From assembly GCA_022449345.1 (NCBI GenBank), contig JAKURL010000004.1, positions 19,981 through 83,980 on the forward strand: a stretch of 64,000 bases of DNA. Direction: 5' to 3'. Numbering within the stretch: position 1 is the first letter of the stretch; each line of letters opens with the position of its first letter. Below are positions 29,476 through 39,587 of this stretch, piece by piece. The position numbers were made by a program, and so were the translations under genes. The notes beneath the pieces are model-generated. The model saw only the letters and a list, made by a program, of their open reading frames with translations, had not been told where the DNA came from and did no database searches. This DNA comes from Candidatus Thalassarchaeum sp. Its GTDB lineage: Archaea; Thermoplasmatota; Poseidoniia; Poseidoniales; Thalassarchaeaceae.

Positions 29476-30264
29476 TTACATACGTTCGATATCGATTGAG
29501 CCTTCTACCGAAGTGATGGATTCTGTGGCGGCTTGCTGAGCCTCTTCCCACATTCTCTCTGCTGTCTCGTAATCTGGTGCCCTGATGTCAATCCTATACT
29601 CTGGCGCACCGTCATAATGGCAGGTCAGGGTCGCGTCTTCCTCTCCCTCAGCAACCGCCTCTGCAGACAGTAATGCATCCCTAATGGCGTACACTCCTTC
29701 TGCACCCCAAACCTCTATGTTGAACTGTCCACGAATTTCTACAAATGGAGGGATAATGTTCTCCACTGCCAATTCGACAACAGTGGTCATCCAATCTCCG
29801 GTGAAGCCATTGTCAGATAGTGCAGTTTCTGAAATTGCACACTCTTCCAAAGCTCCGTACAAGGTTCCAAAGATTTCAGTCATTTCGTCAGAAATCTCCG
29901 CTTTTTTCACCTCATCCCATCCTGTTCTTTCGGCAACAACCCCCATTATCTGGTTAGCGCGTTGCTCGTTTTTCCAAGTCTGAATAGTGTCTCTGCGGCG
30001 TTCTTCTGAGACACTTTTGATAGAAAGGTCAACACGCTCACGATCTTTCTTGATACCGATTACCTTTGCAACAACTCGTTGGCCAACTCGAAGATGGTTT
30101 CTGATATTCTTAACCCAGCCGGAAGCGACTTCGCCAACGAAGACAAATCCTTCCCGTGAGCCATATCCATCTAGCCGAAGATAGGCTCCATTTTCTCGAA
30201 CGTTGCTTACGGTGCAAATGAGTAGTTCGCCTTCTTCAGGCCAAAGTTCTTCATCATAACTCAT
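29476..30264 (-). CDS. eif2a: Translation initiation factor 2 alpha subunit (aIF2-alpha)
   Basis: 262 aa. An S1 domain (GELLICTVSNVRENGAYLRLDGY...VGEVASGW) is followed by the helical and alpha/beta domains. Confidence 0.9.
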   Translation of the reverse strand: MSYDEELWPEEGELLICTVSNVRENGAYLRLDGYGSREGFVFVGEVASGWVKNIRNHLRVGQRVVAKVIGIKKDRERVDLSIKSVSEERRRDTIQTWKNEQRANQIMGVVAERTGWDEVKKAEISDEMTEIFGTLYGALEECAISETALSDNGFTGDWMTTVVELAVENIIPPFVEIRGQFNIEVWGAEGVYAIRDALLSAEAVAEGEEDATLTCHYDGAPEYRIDIRAPDYETAERMWEEAQQAATESITSVEGSIDIERM

Positions 30265-30280
30265 TATTACACAGTCCCCT

Positions 30281-30454
30281 TCACTCGAGGACGTCTACGA
30301 TTGTGCTTCCAACAAGCTCGGCTTTACCACCTGCTGGGCGGGCCAAAGTGGAACCGCAAATTGAGCAGGAAATCTGGGTTGACGCCCTTTCGAAAATGAT
30401 AGCTTCGTGTCCGCAGTCACGGCAGTTTACTCGTAGAAATTTTGCATCTCCCAT
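30281..30454 (-). CDS. rps27e: Ribosomal protein S27e
   Basis: MGDAKFLRVNCRDCGHEAIIFERASTQISCSICGSTLARPAGGKAEL is the S27e C4 zinc finger. The listed ORF has an N-terminal extension that is probably not translated. Confidence 0.85.
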   Translation of the reverse strand: MGDAKFLRVNCRDCGHEAIIFERASTQISCSICGSTLARPAGGKAELVGSTIVDVLE

Positions 30455-30458
30455 GAAA

Positions 30459-30740
30459 TCACCTCTCAACGAGCTCGAACTTCCTTGCACGCTGCGAGGC
30501 CGGCTGGTGAGCCTTTCCGGTCTCCGAGCAACGGTAGAGTAGGTTGACGCGCTTGGTGGGCTTCTCACCGGATGGCTTTGGACGAGGGAAACCTCGGTAT
30601 CCAGATGTAACCTTACGGAATCTTCGCTGACCCCACTTTAGTTCAGAAGCGCGTCGCTTCTTGACACGCTCGACGGTGTGCTCAGTGTGCTTACCAGCCG
30701 ATGGGCTGTAGCGCATTATCTTACGTGGCATCTTTACCAT
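30459..30740 (-). CDS. rpl44e: Ribosomal protein L44e
   Basis: MVKMPRKIMRYSPSAGKHTEHTVERVKK...YRCSETGKAHQ matches L44e. Confidence 0.85.
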   Translation of the reverse strand: MVKMPRKIMRYSPSAGKHTEHTVERVKKRRASELKWGQRRFRKVTSGYRGFPRPKPSGEKPTKRVNLLYRCSETGKAHQPASQRARKFELVER

Positions 30741-30790
30741 GACAGAGCACCTCAACGTCTTACGACGACGCGCCCACCTATGACCCATAT

Positions 30791-31495
30791 TTGATTGTGT
30801 CGAGAGAGAGGGAGCCCCCTTTAGGGGCTAAGTATCTCATTTTCGGCAAATATTTAGGTAGTCAATTCAAAGAATATCCTAGTCTGCCACAGGTCATGGT
30901 CTTTTGGCTGAATCAGGCCCTCCTGAGTTTCACCCTATTGGTTGCTGCATTCTCGACGTGGAGAATGGGTCCATCATTCAAACGAAGCAAATTCGCTCCA
31001 CCCATTGCAGTACTAGGTCTTGCAGGGTTGATTTTCTTGCCAGAACAACCACTATATTTTGAGGCGGATTACTATAGATGCGAAATCATTTCTTTTTGCA
31101 ATGATGATGGAAGAGAATCTTATCTCAGAGTTGTAACTTGGTCTCTCATTTCTATTTCTACTGCCTTCATTGGTTGTCACGCTATAATCAGAGGTTCTCG
31201 AATATATTCAGAACATAACTTACCACTCCTGACGTTCGGATGGATAATTCTCGGAATTTCTTGGTGGTCAATCGCCCAGAGTCCTTGGTTCGTTGAGGCT
31301 TATACTCGCCTCGATGTGCTTGCATGGATGGTTGCCTACCTGTTTGGTATCGCAGTTACCGTTTACCTTTTCTTCCACATAATCCGAATTACCGAGAGGT
31401 TAAGCCCAAAGGATCCGCCAATTGAACCTCTAGACGAGAAAGAAAGGCGTTTGGTTACTGAAATGATTAGAAGAAATTTAGGGGGTGGGGATTGA
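30791..31495 (+). CDS. Integral membrane protein of unknown function, in a lower-GC segment
   Basis: 234 aa with about 6 hydrophobic helices and AT-rich codon usage relative to its neighbours. Confidence 0.5.
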   Translation: MIVSREREPPLGAKYLIFGKYLGSQFKEYPSLPQVMVFWLNQALLSFTLLVAAFSTWRMGPSFKRSKFAPPIAVLGLAGLIFLPEQPLYFEADYYRCEIISFCNDDGRESYLRVVTWSLISISTAFIGCHAIIRGSRIYSEHNLPLLTFGWIILGISWWSIAQSPWFVEAYTRLDVLAWMVAYLFGIAVTVYLFFHIIRITERLSPKDPPIEPLDEKERRLVTEMIRRNLGGGD

Positions 31496-31867
31496 ATGGT
31501 GAAGTTCGATTTTACAATTGGTGGAATTGGTTCATTTGGAGTCATGATTCTGATCGCCATGATGTTCATCTGCTACTGTTTTGCAATCCATCTAATCGTA
31601 ACTTGGAATCCTCATCATCGCCCAGCAATTCCACTTACAGCATCCTTGATTCTAAGCATAGGTCCAATGTTTGCCTTATCTATGGAAGGCGATGGGACTA
31701 GTTCCATTGGGGAGATGCTAGAAATTGCTTTCTTGATTACTTCATTAGGTGCTGGGATAATTGTACTTTGGATGCCAGTAATTCTCGCTTTAGTCAGTAT
31801 GCAGATGCTTAGGGTGTCGAGAATGCGTCCATCAGATGACCCTCTAATAGAGATGTTAGAAAATTGA
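31496..31867 (+). CDS. Small integral membrane protein of unknown function, coupled to the upstream gene (TGAATG)
   Basis: 123 aa with 3-4 TM helices. Its start codon abuts the previous gene's stop. Confidence 0.5.
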   Translation: MVKFDFTIGGIGSFGVMILIAMMFICYCFAIHLIVTWNPHHRPAIPLTASLILSIGPMFALSMEGDGTSSIGEMLEIAFLITSLGAGIIVLWMPVILALVSMQMLRVSRMRPSDDPLIEMLEN

Positions 31868-31973
31868 CTTGGCTTTCATCTAGACTCATTTCGCTTGAGA
31901 AGACTTTGCAAACCTGTGGGTAACGCTCATAACACGCCCGTCGGTCGCCGCGTTGTCCTCACAGGTGGTAATC

Positions 31974-32162
31974 ATGTCCAAGGGAACTCCGAGCATGGGC
32001 AAGAAGCAGAAGTCCACGCACATTCGCTGCCGTCGTTGTGGTCGACATTCCTACCACAAGCAAAAGCGCAGTTGCTCTTCCTGTGGCTACGGAGAGAGTG
32101 CTCGCCTTCGCAAATTCCGCTGGAGTAAGCGAAACCGAACTATGGCCGAGCACAAGAAGTGA
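31974..32162 (+). CDS. rpl37e: Ribosomal protein L37e
   Basis: [39 protein letters not shown] matches L37e. Confidence 0.85.
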   Translation: MSKGTPSMGKKQKSTHIRCRRCGRHSYHKQKRSCSSCGYGESARLRKFRWSKRNRTMAEHKK

Positions 32163-32218
32163 AGACTTCTATCCGGAAATGGCTAAGTCCCTACTGAATT
32201 AGGGAGAGACGATTCCCG

Positions 32219-33709
32219 ATGTGTGGCATCATTGGTATCGTCGGGCATCCGGACAGTCAGGTCGGTAAGACACTGTACGATGGACTGCTGGTTTTGCAAC
32301 ATCGTGGACAAGATGCTGCGGGAATCGTGACCAGTGATTCGAGCAACATATCCCATCGAAGAGCAAATGGTCTGGTACGCGATGTTTTCCGCCTTCGACA
32401 CATCCAGTCATTACAAGGCTCGATGGGTCTCGGACACGTTCGATATCCAACCGCGGGTTCTTCATCTGCCGCTGAGGCTCAGCCATTCTACACCAATTCA
32501 CCGTTTGGGGTAAGCCTCGCTCACAACGGCAATTTGACCAACCCAACTGAAATCATAGATACTCTTCTCGAAAGAGATCATCGCAGAATCAATACCAGTT
32601 CTGATTCCGAGGCTTTACTGAACCTAATTGCTGCTGAGATTCAACGTTCTATAAATGGCCGCCGAGGCGGACTCGACGCGCTCAGCGATGAAGATGTATT
32701 CCGCGCGGTCAAAGCGATTAACGAGACCGTCGAGGGTTCCTATTCAGTTGTCGCAATGATTACGGGTTGGGGAGTGATTGCTTTCCGAGACCCTCATGGT
32801 ATTAGGCCGCTCAGTATTGGAACGTGTGAGATTGACGGATTCACTGAAACTTTGATCGCTTCAGAATCCGTCGCGATGAAGGCACTTGGTTTTCAAATCG
32901 AGAGAGACGTTGCCCCAGGCGAGGCGATAGTAGTCCGAATGGATGGCACCAGAACCTCAAGAATTTGTGCAGATATCCCAAGCCACACACCCTGCATTTT
33001 CGAATTCGTTTACTTTGCCCGCCCTGATTCGCGTTTAGATGGTATTTCAGTTCATGGTGCAAGGTTGGCGATGGGCGCGAAATTGGCGGAACGAATTGCC
33101 AAAGAATTCCCAGATCATGAAATCGACTGTGTAATCCCTGTTCCCGATAGTGGAAGGATAGCTGCTCTAGAATTAGCGATGGAATTGGATATTGCTTACA
33201 GGGAAGGATTCGTCAAGAATCGATATATTGGTCGAACTTTCATTATGCCCGGGCAAGATCTCAGAAAGGATTCAGTTCGTAAGAAACTAAACACGATTAA
33301 GCATGAATTTGATGGTAGAAATGTCCTTATTGTAGACGATAGCATAGTCAGAGGAAATACTTCCCGAAGAATTGTTGAGATGGCTAGAGAAGCCGGGGCG
33401 AAGAAGGTCTATTTTGCTTCGGCAGCACCTCCCGTAGTTCATCCAAATGTGTACGGAATTGATATGCCTGCCAAACACGAGTATGTGGCTCATAATCGCA
33501 CAACAGAGGAAGTTTGTCAAACTATTGGAGCTGATTGGTTAATCTACCAAAAACTCGAAGATTTAGTTGAATGTTGCTTAGGTGCTGGTAGTACTAGCCT
33601 TGCAAACTTCGACTGCTCCTGCTTCGATGGGCGATATGTTGCTGGTAGGATTGACCAAGCCTACCTAGAATCGCTTGAAGCGAAAAGACAGGATTCCGCT
33701 AAAGCCTGA
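32219..33709 (+). CDS. purF: Amidophosphoribosyltransferase
   Basis: The N-terminal nucleophile is MCGIIGIVGH; a PRTase domain follows (VLIVDDSIVRGNTS), and C-terminal cysteines are present. Confidence 0.9.
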   Translation: MCGIIGIVGHPDSQVGKTLYDGLLVLQHRGQDAAGIVTSDSSNISHRRANGLVRDVFRLRHIQSLQGSMGLGHVRYPTAGSSSAAEAQPFYTNSPFGVSLAHNGNLTNPTEIIDTLLERDHRRINTSSDSEALLNLIAAEIQRSINGRRGGLDALSDEDVFRAVKAINETVEGSYSVVAMITGWGVIAFRDPHGIRPLSIGTCEIDGFTETLIASESVAMKALGFQIERDVAPGEAIVVRMDGTRTSRICADIPSHTPCIFEFVYFARPDSRLDGISVHGARLAMGAKLAERIAKEFPDHEIDCVIPVPDSGRIAALELAMELDIAYREGFVKNRYIGRTFIMPGQDLRKDSVRKKLNTIKHEFDGRNVLIVDDSIVRGNTSRRIVEMAREAGAKKVYFASAAPPVVHPNVYGIDMPAKHEYVAHNRTTEEVCQTIGADWLIYQKLEDLVECCLGAGSTSLANFDCSCFDGRYVAGRIDQAYLESLEAKRQDSAKA

Positions 33710-33767
33710 ATCTAATTGAGGCGAAAAGTCCCGTCCATCGACGCGACAGTGTGAAAACTGCGTACTC

Positions 33768-35288
33768 TTGGTTGTCAACGTGCAAGGCAAGCGTTTGCCG
33801 ACAATCGAGGGCTTTGCCCGAATTGAAATGACGGAGGATGTAATCTCTTCTTGCAGACTTTCTGAATCTCGCTTTGTATTGGGAACGATATCCGGTAATC
33901 TGCTAATTTACGAGGCGGATACCCCTCTAGGAAGAGCTGAATTGGAATCTGCAATCATATCTGTAATCGCCTCAGGTGAGAATGTAATTGCGGCATCATC
34001 GACTGGACAGATTCAGGCATTTCACGGTCAGCCGTTGTGGGTTACCGAGTTTGAGTCCGGTATTGAGAATCTGGCACCCCTAGGTGATGCAATCTGTTTA
34101 TGCGATGCCTCTGGAATGCTTGTAGTAATCAGTCCAGAAGGTGAGACTCTCAGTAGTCAATCGCATGGCGATATCACTCAACTGACTGGCTCAGATGATG
34201 GCTCGAGCATTGCAATTGCGATGACTGACGGGACTCTGCGGATTTGTAGTAAATCTGGAGAAATATTGCAAGAGTCGAGTGCAGATAGCGACGATGTAGA
34301 AACTATCTCGCAGATTTGCTTTCGTCCAGGTGGCGTTCTTCTGGTTTGTCGTGATTCCTTAGGGATGACACTTGACGATCGACCTGAAAACCGTCTAGAG
34401 TGTTGGCATAGTGTTCGCGGGCTGCTTCACACGAACGAATTACCAGCCTCTGCAAGCAGTATTCTTGCCACCGACACCGGTTCAATTGTCGGATGTCAAA
34501 ATGGCGCCTTGTTGAGGTTCAATATCGGTGAAGAGGTGGAGGAATTGGCTACTGTTGATAATTCAATTTCATCAATTATCGAATGGGGCGATGATGTGAT
34601 TATTGGAACTTGGTTCCACACTCTGAGGATCTCTTCCGATGGTTCGATTATTTGGTCTCATGAACATGAGGGCCTAGTTAGCCAGATACTGCCAATAAGT
34701 CCAGATCTAATCGCAGTAATCGGGCGTTCTCCATCGGGTAAAAGCCCTGCATCGGTTGTATTGCTTGACCCCGACTCAGAACCAATCGTTCCAGAGGTTG
34801 AGTCGTTCGATTATGAATTCAGTCAATCTGATTCAAGTGAATTCGCTGGCGGATTGAGTGATGAGGAAATCGCGCAAGCCGGAGCACCACCAGAAGTTTC
34901 AATTGAAACTGAGGAACTGATGGATGCTTTGGGCGAGGAATTGGAATTTGTCAGTGAAGAGGAAGTAGTCTCGGAGGCCGATTTATTGCAAGACCTATCC
35001 GCATCTGCAAGAGCGATTAATCTGCCCCCAATTGCAGATGCGGGTGAAGATATAACCATCTCGGCCGATGAAGATGGTACCGCAACTATTCTTCTCGATG
35101 GTTCAAGGTCCTATGACCCAGATGGAAAGATTGAGAATTATGCTTGGCAGGATTTCAGGGGCAATGTAATTGGCGACTCAGCTCAAGTCAGAGTTCGACT
35201 TCAATTAGGCACCCACCCATTCGAATTGACCGTAGTCGACGATAAGGGAGCAGCGACCAAAGCGATGGTGACGGTTAGGATTCAGTAG
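33768..35288 (+). CDS. PQQ-like/WD40-like beta-propeller protein with an acidic linker and a C-terminal PKD domain
   Basis: 506 aa. It has repeated propeller blades, a roughly 60-aa D/E-rich linker, and a C-terminal PKD-like segment (...DGSRSYDPDGKIENYAWQ...). Confidence 0.6.
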   Translation: MVVNVQGKRLPTIEGFARIEMTEDVISSCRLSESRFVLGTISGNLLIYEADTPLGRAELESAIISVIASGENVIAASSTGQIQAFHGQPLWVTEFESGIENLAPLGDAICLCDASGMLVVISPEGETLSSQSHGDITQLTGSDDGSSIAIAMTDGTLRICSKSGEILQESSADSDDVETISQICFRPGGVLLVCRDSLGMTLDDRPENRLECWHSVRGLLHTNELPASASSILATDTGSIVGCQNGALLRFNIGEEVEELATVDNSISSIIEWGDDVIIGTWFHTLRISSDGSIIWSHEHEGLVSQILPISPDLIAVIGRSPSGKSPASVVLLDPDSEPIVPEVESFDYEFSQSDSSEFAGGLSDEEIAQAGAPPEVSIETEELMDALGEELEFVSEEEVVSEADLLQDLSASARAINLPPIADAGEDITISADEDGTATILLDGSRSYDPDGKIENYAWQDFRGNVIGDSAQVRVRLQLGTHPFELTVVDDKGAATKAMVTVRIQ

Positions 35289-35293
35289 TCCAT

Positions 35294-36208
35294 TCAAAGT
35301 GCTGCTAAGGCTGATTTTAGGGCAGGAACTGCTTCTTCCCAAGTGGCTACAATTCCGTAATCAGCAACTCCGAAGATTGGTGCATCTGGGTCCTTATTTA
35401 TCGCTACAATGTACTTCGAGGAACGCATTCCTGCAAGATGTTGGATAGCACCAGAGATTCCTACTGCAATGTATAGTGAAGGGGTTACTGTCTTTCCTGT
35501 TTGACCAACCTGCATACTGTGAGGCATACCCCACTCATCAACCACTGCTCTACTAGCGCCGACCGCAGCCCCTATGAGGTCTGCAACTTCTTCGAGGTGA
35601 GAGAAATTCTCCTTCTCTCCTATACCTCGACCACCAGATATAATGATGTCCGCTTCGGAGACATCGAGCCTTTCGCTAGCCTTAGAAATAGCTTCCTTGA
35701 CAGCGACCGAGACATCAGCGCTCTGGTCGACCACGTTTACCGCGGCGCTACCACCAGAACCCACCGCCTCGAAGGCGTTTGTGCGCAGGGTGATTACACA
35801 ATCACCAGATACTGTCGAAGTCTCGACTGCCTTTCCTGAATAAATCGGACGAGTGATGGTAATTCCTCCTTCTAAACCGGTCACATCCTGAACAATCGGG
35901 ATACCGCGCTTAGCCGCTACTCTAGATGCGACCTCACGACCATTAGGGGTCGCACCCGCAATAACCACTCCAGAGCATTGTGAGGCGATTGCGCTAGCCC
36001 AAGCACCACCGTCGAATGTCGAGAAGCAATCGCCTACGATAGAGACAACCTTTGCCACTCCATCGATAGAAGCGGCTTCATCAGCAGCGATACCGCCTGG
36101 AACGACTACTGTTGGAGATGCGCCGAGTGAACTCGCCGCACCGACTAATTGTGCTGTGATTGGGTGAAGAGAATCTCCTGAGGTATCTGCTATTACTGTA
36201 CATTCCAT
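35294..36208 (-). CDS. etfA: Electron transfer flavoprotein alpha subunit
   Basis: 304 aa with a C-terminal FAD-binding region ([15 protein letters not shown]). Confidence 0.85.
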   Translation of the reverse strand: MECTVIADTSGDSLHPITAQLVGAASSLGASPTVVVPGGIAADEAASIDGVAKVVSIVGDCFSTFDGGAWASAIASQCSGVVIAGATPNGREVASRVAAKRGIPIVQDVTGLEGGITITRPIYSGKAVETSTVSGDCVITLRTNAFEAVGSGGSAAVNVVDQSADVSVAVKEAISKASERLDVSEADIIISGGRGIGEKENFSHLEEVADLIGAAVGASRAVVDEWGMPHSMQVGQTGKTVTPSLYIAVGISGAIQHLAGMRSSKYIVAINKDPDAPIFGVADYGIVATWEEAVPALKSALAAL

Positions 36209-36220
36209 ACTAATTCCCCC

Positions 36221-36982
36221 TTAAATCACGTTTGCCTCATCTCGTAGTTTACCAACTACGGTAGATACCGATTCGGCTCCCTCGAATTTCTGACCAGGTG
36301 GCTTTTCCGCCGGTGGAGAGTGTGAATCTATATTTACACTAGATGCACCAATATCAACACCCAAATAAGCGACGGACCAAGTCTCGATGGGCTTCTTCTT
36401 TGCCATCATAATTCCTCTGACATTTGGCCTGCGCATTTCAGTCAAACCTTTGTCAAAAGCGAATACACAAGGAGCACTTACTCCGACCTTTTCGTGGCCA
36501 GAGGAACTAGGACGAGTGGCGGTATAGCCAGCGCCGTCGGCCGCGACCTCAGAGACGAGGGTGACGCAGGAGGCTCCGATTAGCTCTGCAACACCGGGCC
36601 CAGTCGAGCCAGCGTTGGTGTCCGCAGCCTGCTTACCGCAGAATATCACAGAAGCGCCAGATTTCTCGACGGCTGCTGCTAGTAACTTCTGGATCTGAAT
36701 CGAATCGAGGTCGTTGACGTTCTCCGCAGAGATATGAACCAAAGTGTCGGCACCAACCGCTGCCGCATCACGCAATAACTTCTCACAGCGAGCAGGTCCA
36801 GCAGTAATTGCAACAAGTTCTCCGCCCGCTACTTCCTTCAATTGCAGGGCGGCTTCTAGTGCGTACTCATCGTAGGGGCTGAAAGACCACTTTGACACTG
36901 CACTTTCGTCGACACGTCCACCATTAACCGAGATTTTTGCAGTTGTGTCAGGAACTTGCTTAAGAAGTACTGCGATTGTCAT
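36221..36982 (-). CDS. etfB: Electron transfer flavoprotein beta subunit
   Basis: MTIAVLLKQVPDTT is the EtfB N-terminal signature. The listed ORF carries an 11-aa upstream extension. Confidence 0.85.
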   Translation of the reverse strand: MTIAVLLKQVPDTTAKISVNGGRVDESAVSKWSFSPYDEYALEAALQLKEVAGGELVAITAGPARCEKLLRDAAAVGADTLVHISAENVNDLDSIQIQKLLAAAVEKSGASVIFCGKQAADTNAGSTGPGVAELIGASCVTLVSEVAADGAGYTATRPSSSGHEKVGVSAPCVFAFDKGLTEMRRPNVRGIMMAKKKPIETWSVAYLGVDIGASSVNIDSHSPPAEKPPGQKFEGAESVSTVVGKLRDEANVI

Positions 36983-37065
36983 ACGATTACCTCTTGACGA
37001 CTCTTCGACCGGCACTCCATCTATGAAGATTAGCAGTCCTCAATACAGGTGTTTCTCATCCTCGA

Positions 37066-38238
37066 TTAGAGCTCTCTGGTGAAAGCCTGTATCCCAGTTA
37101 TGTGGCGTCCGAGAATCAAATTATGAATGTCATGAGTACCCTCGTATGTCTTTACCGACTCGAGATTCGCCATATGGCGCATGATACAATATTCGTCGAG
37201 AATACCGTTTGCTCCATGGATATCTCTAGCCTCTCTTGCAATTTCTAGAGCGATATCAACATTGTTCATCTTGGCCAGCGAGATTTGCTCTGGAATCCAC
37301 GTCCCTGCATCCTTCTTCTGACCCAGATGATAAGCCAATAATTGTGCCTTGGTTATCTCCCTAAGCATCCAAGATAATTTGTTTTGTACCAATTGGTAGC
37401 TTGCGATTGGGTGAGTAAATTGAATTCGACTCAGAGAGTAATCCCTGGCTGAATCGAAGCAGGCTTGAGCAGCACCGACCGCTCCCCAAGAGATGCCATA
37501 TCGAGCATTGTTGAGGCAGGAGAATGGACCCCTTAGACCCTCTACGTTAGGCAGAAGTCGGTCCTTCGGAATCTTACAGTCTTGGAAGACTAATTCACTG
37601 GTCACACTAGCCTTTAGTGAGTGCTTCCCTTTCATTTCAGGAGCGCTGAATCCAGGGTCATCCTTCTCAACGATGAATCCGCGAATAACTCCATCCAGTT
37701 TCGCCCAAACAATCGCGACTTGTGCGATTGTACCATTTGTAATCCACATTTTTGCTCCGTTGAGCAGGTAGTGGCCCCCCATATCTTCTGCCTTGGTGAT
37801 CATGTCTCCGGGGTTTGAACCGTAATCTGGTTCTGTAAGTCCGAAGCATCCAATCCATTCTCCACTTGCCATCTTTGGCAAGTAATGCTGCTTTTGCTCC
37901 TCACTACCGAAGTCCCAAATCGGGTACATCGCAAGACTGCCTTGAACGCTAGCAAATGAGCGCAATCCGCTGTCGCCCCTCTCCAATTCTCGGCAGATGA
38001 CACCGTAAGCAGTGTAGGATAGGCCTGAGCAACCGTAGCCCTCTAAGGGAGCTCCTAAAACACCCATCTCACCTAGGGCTACACGCCACTCGTCAGGAAA
38101 TACTCCATCACGGCAGGCGTATTCGATTTTTGGAATGACATCTTCATCAACAAAGTCGCGAACCATGTCGCGAACCATGCGTTCCTCTTCGGTTAGCAGG
38201 GAATCCACATCGTAGAAGTCGAGGGCTTCGTATGGCAT
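37066..38238 (-). CDS. gcdH: Glutaryl-CoA dehydrogenase-like acyl-CoA dehydrogenase
   Basis: 390 aa with the GCDH-like N-terminus DFYDVDSLLTEEER, the ACAD middle domain and the C-terminal motif ILGRHITGIQAF. Confidence 0.8.
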   Translation of the reverse strand: MPYEALDFYDVDSLLTEEERMVRDMVRDFVDEDVIPKIEYACRDGVFPDEWRVALGEMGVLGAPLEGYGCSGLSYTAYGVICRELERGDSGLRSFASVQGSLAMYPIWDFGSEEQKQHYLPKMASGEWIGCFGLTEPDYGSNPGDMITKAEDMGGHYLLNGAKMWITNGTIAQVAIVWAKLDGVIRGFIVEKDDPGFSAPEMKGKHSLKASVTSELVFQDCKIPKDRLLPNVEGLRGPFSCLNNARYGISWGAVGAAQACFDSARDYSLSRIQFTHPIASYQLVQNKLSWMLREITKAQLLAYHLGQKKDAGTWIPEQISLAKMNNVDIALEIAREARDIHGANGILDEYCIMRHMANLESVKTYEGTHDIHNLILGRHITGIQAFTREL

Positions 38239-38340
38239 GTGTTTCAGCCTCTTCGCGAAGCCAACCCCACATGAAGGTTGCCTGCATCCGGAACTCGCGC
38301 CGTAGGCGCGGTGCCCTTGAGCATAGTTCAGTGATAAATC

Positions 38341-39555
38341 TCAGCGACGTTTTCTTCGCTGTTTTGCCTTGCGTCGAGCAAGATCCTTCTTTTCGTCTTC
38401 ATTTCCTATTCGCTCAATCGTCCAGTCCTGCATCTTTGTCGATGCAGAATACACTAGGCTCAGAACTACTAGCCCAGTAGCGGCTGGAATTGCGATTACA
38501 ATCCACAGGCTGAGAATACCCGTCGATCCCGATGAAGGTGGCGAATATTGATTCAGATAGCCACGGCTAGTGACTATCCAACCGGTATCAGTTCCAGTGG
38601 CCCAAGTTCCTACGATTCGGTCGCTGGAAACATTGAGGTCATCAATATCTGAGTGCTCAAGCCAAGGGAAAGAGGAATTGAGGCTGACATCGTGCTCTAT
38701 TAGGCTCGTAGGAGTAGTGGCAATAAGTGTGCGATCGCCTTGCTGCGCCTCTATACCTACGAAGTAAACATCTAAATCCGGAAGTCTGCTAATACTCGGA
38801 ATTGAAGCGGATAAATCCTCTGGATTCAACTCAATATGGGCAATCACCTGATTGTCAGCAACTGCGACACAGTAGGGAGTTTCTCCACTCGGGCATTCCA
38901 CTCCTGTCCAAGGATATCCTGTTCCTCCAACCCAAGTGAAAGTGTGGTCTCTTTGGATAATTCCAATCCCCTCAACCGCTGCTGCAACGACGCACATCAT
39001 GATAGTGTCATGACAATCCATAGCCATAATCGAACTTGTCCCAGAAGCCGAAAGAGAATGTAACTCAGCACCACCATCCGCGGTAACTCTCAATCGCCAA
39101 ATCTGCCCTTCTTCGGTGCCGACATAAGCCCAAGAGCCAGCGGTATTCCAAGCCACAGAAGTCATCTTCGCATAGCCGAGGTCCACATCGGATGCTGCCA
39201 TTTCTAGCGATTGATCCTGCTTAGCGTAACGAAGTACAACTCCATGTTCACCGACAATTAGCGCTGTTTGCCCAGCAGGGTGGAAGTCCGCATCAAGCAA
39301 TTCTTGAGATCCACTCCATGCCATCTCAACCTGTTGGGTAGGGTCCTTTGCATCCAAGACTCGGACATATCCGTCTTGACCGTAGACAACTGCGGTGTTT
39401 CCCTCTGAATCTACTTCAACTCCATTCAATCCGAGGTCTTCATCTGAGAGTGAGATGCCCTTGCCGAGTTCTACCGCAGAGACTGCCAATACGCTATGGG
39501 AGGCCAACATCACTACGATGAGAGATGCGAATAGTCCGCGTGTAACCTCGCCCAT
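38341..39555 (-). CDS. Secreted beta-propeller protein with a C-terminal TM anchor and a short basic cytoplasmic tail
   Basis: It has a signal peptide (LIVVMLASHSVLAVSA), a repetitive beta-rich body, a C-terminal TM (LWIVIAIPAATGLVVLSLVY), and the tail ARRKAKQRRKRR. Confidence 0.6.
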   Translation of the reverse strand: MGEVTRGLFASLIVVMLASHSVLAVSAVELGKGISLSDEDLGLNGVEVDSEGNTAVVYGQDGYVRVLDAKDPTQQVEMAWSGSQELLDADFHPAGQTALIVGEHGVVLRYAKQDQSLEMAASDVDLGYAKMTSVAWNTAGSWAYVGTEEGQIWRLRVTADGGAELHSLSASGTSSIMAMDCHDTIMMCVVAAAVEGIGIIQRDHTFTWVGGTGYPWTGVECPSGETPYCVAVADNQVIAHIELNPEDLSASIPSISRLPDLDVYFVGIEAQQGDRTLIATTPTSLIEHDVSLNSSFPWLEHSDIDDLNVSSDRIVGTWATGTDTGWIVTSRGYLNQYSPPSSGSTGILSLWIVIAIPAATGLVVLSLVYSASTKMQDWTIERIGNEDEKKDLARRKAKQRRKRR

Positions 39556-39587
39556 GCCACTCGCACTGTGGAACTCGGTTTAGGCAT

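Noticed and set aside
31868-31973. Expected Sm-like (LSm) gene upstream of L37e
   Set aside because: The roughly 100-nt gap contains no ORF of adequate length. The conserved LSm-L37e pairing appears to be absent or displaced here.
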